A stretch of DNA of 64,000 nucleotides from Dehalococcoides sp. JdFR-56. Lineage in GTDB: Bacteria > Chloroflexota > Dehalococcoidia > Dehalococcoidales > RBG-16-60-22. The translations under genes were made by a program, and so were the position numbers. Positions 63,586-64,000 of this stretch are shown piece by piece. How positions within the stretch are numbered: the first letter of the stretch is position 1; every line of letters starts with the position of its first letter. The notes under the pieces are model-generated. The model made no database searches. It had not been told where the DNA came from and saw only the letters and a program-made list of their open reading frames with translations. The stretch lies in the NCBI GenBank assembly GCA_002011495.1, contig MTNR01000072.1, positions 7,371-71,370 of the forward strand, written 5' to 3'.

Positions 63586-64000
63586 ATGACTTTACTGAGA
63601 AGGATTTTGGGCATATTAGCCGTTATTCTTCTATTATGCACAGTACTTGCCGGCTGTGTAGTGCAGTCTCTGTCTTTAAGCATAGACTCACCTGAAGATG
63701 GGTCGGAACTTGATGTTAATGTGATAAAGGTAAGAGGTAGGGTCTCTGACCATCGAGCCATGGTAACAGTAAACGGTATTGCAGCGAGGGTAGCCCAAGA
63801 TGGCAGCTTCTCCAGCTGGGTCCAACTGATGACGGGGCCCAATACCATTGAAGTAGTTGCAACGCTCGGTGATAAAGACATCAGCAAGACTATCACTGTT
63901 GCCTTTAATCCTGCATTGGCCGTTTATCTCGAGATGCCGCGACCCGAGATCGGTACTGACCATACTAAGATTCCACTGAGAGTGAGTGGCACTGTGTCTA
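63586..64000 (+). CDS. Lipoprotein, N-terminal fragment (continues past window end)
   Basis: Absent from the track because there is no stop in the window. ATG 63586 follows GAGGGGG. It translates MTLLRRILGILAVILLLCTVLAGC (lipobox), then an Ig-like beta-rich sequence. The overlapping minus-strand track ORFs look spurious. Confidence 0.65.
   Translation, partial: MTLLRRILGILAVILLLCTVLAGCVVQSLSLSIDSPEDGSELDVNVIKVRGRVSDHRAMVTVNGIAARVAQDGSFSSWVQLMTGPNTIEVVATLGDKDISKTITVAFNPALAVYLEMPRPEIGTDHTKIPLRVSGTVS

Noticed and set aside
63390-63963. Minus-strand ORFs of 168 aa and 91 aa at the window end
   Set aside because: The plus strand carries a better-supported partial gene (GAGGGGG RBS, ATG 63586, signal peptide plus lipobox).

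Overview
The window is a GC-rich bacterial chromosomal segment with strong GGAGG-type ribosome-binding sites (RBS). Many lipoproteins carry PA/PT/P-rich linkers just after the lipobox Cys. A Chloroflexota-like origin is only a guess. I found no rRNA, CRISPR array, integrase or transposase. Layout from left to right:

- **0-2.2 kb:** a lipoprotein fragment, then a corrinoid protein with an MtaA/URO-D-type methyltransferase.
- **2.4-16.9 kb:** a multiheme c-type cytochrome cluster. It holds a 15-heme lipoprotein built from 144-bp tandem repeats, a 1199-aa surface protein with a heme-rich C-terminus, and two paralogous hexaheme cytochromes whose motif order recalls OmcS. A TPR/NHL/heme-sensor kinase/LuxR-regulator operon and a polyproline HExxH lipoprotein are interleaved.
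- **17-20 kb:** a membrane protein and a GAF-kinase/LuxR pair.
- **20-31 kb:** a metal and respiration module. It includes His-rich proteins, a NapH-like/GltD-like membrane fusion, CcdA, a ResA-like thioredoxin, a NiCoT transporter and a Crp/Fnr regulator. Its heme-copper oxidase operon is atypical: subunit II has lost both CuA cysteines, and subunit I has Asp where the helix-VI CuB His and the cross-link Tyr normally sit. ctaB follows.
- **31-35 kb:** a GH5-like lipoprotein, a truncated tRNA-Asp 3' fragment, a LuxR regulator and lexA.
- **About 35.2-57.8 kb:** a visibly AT-richer accessory (defence) island. The most interesting locus is a three-gene short-Argonaute operon at 40.9-44.3 kb: a stand-alone APAZ-like protein, a catalytically dead MID-PIWI pAgo, and a 3-TM membrane protein. 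The island also holds two proteins with HEPN (Rx4H) motifs, a type IIG-like nuclease-methylase tightly coupled to a SIR2 protein, an HTH-ImmA/IrrE plus PIN-like pair, several orphan PD-(D/E)xK-like proteins, a frameshifted UbiA gene coupled to a radical-SAM/SPASM gene, and a decayed EamA gene at the right edge.
- **57.9-64 kb:** a hybrid kinase, a CheY-like receiver, an ECF sigma with a membrane partner, a DUF4349/PKD lipoprotein and a partial lipoprotein.

All functional calls rest on motif reading by eye. No database searches were run.
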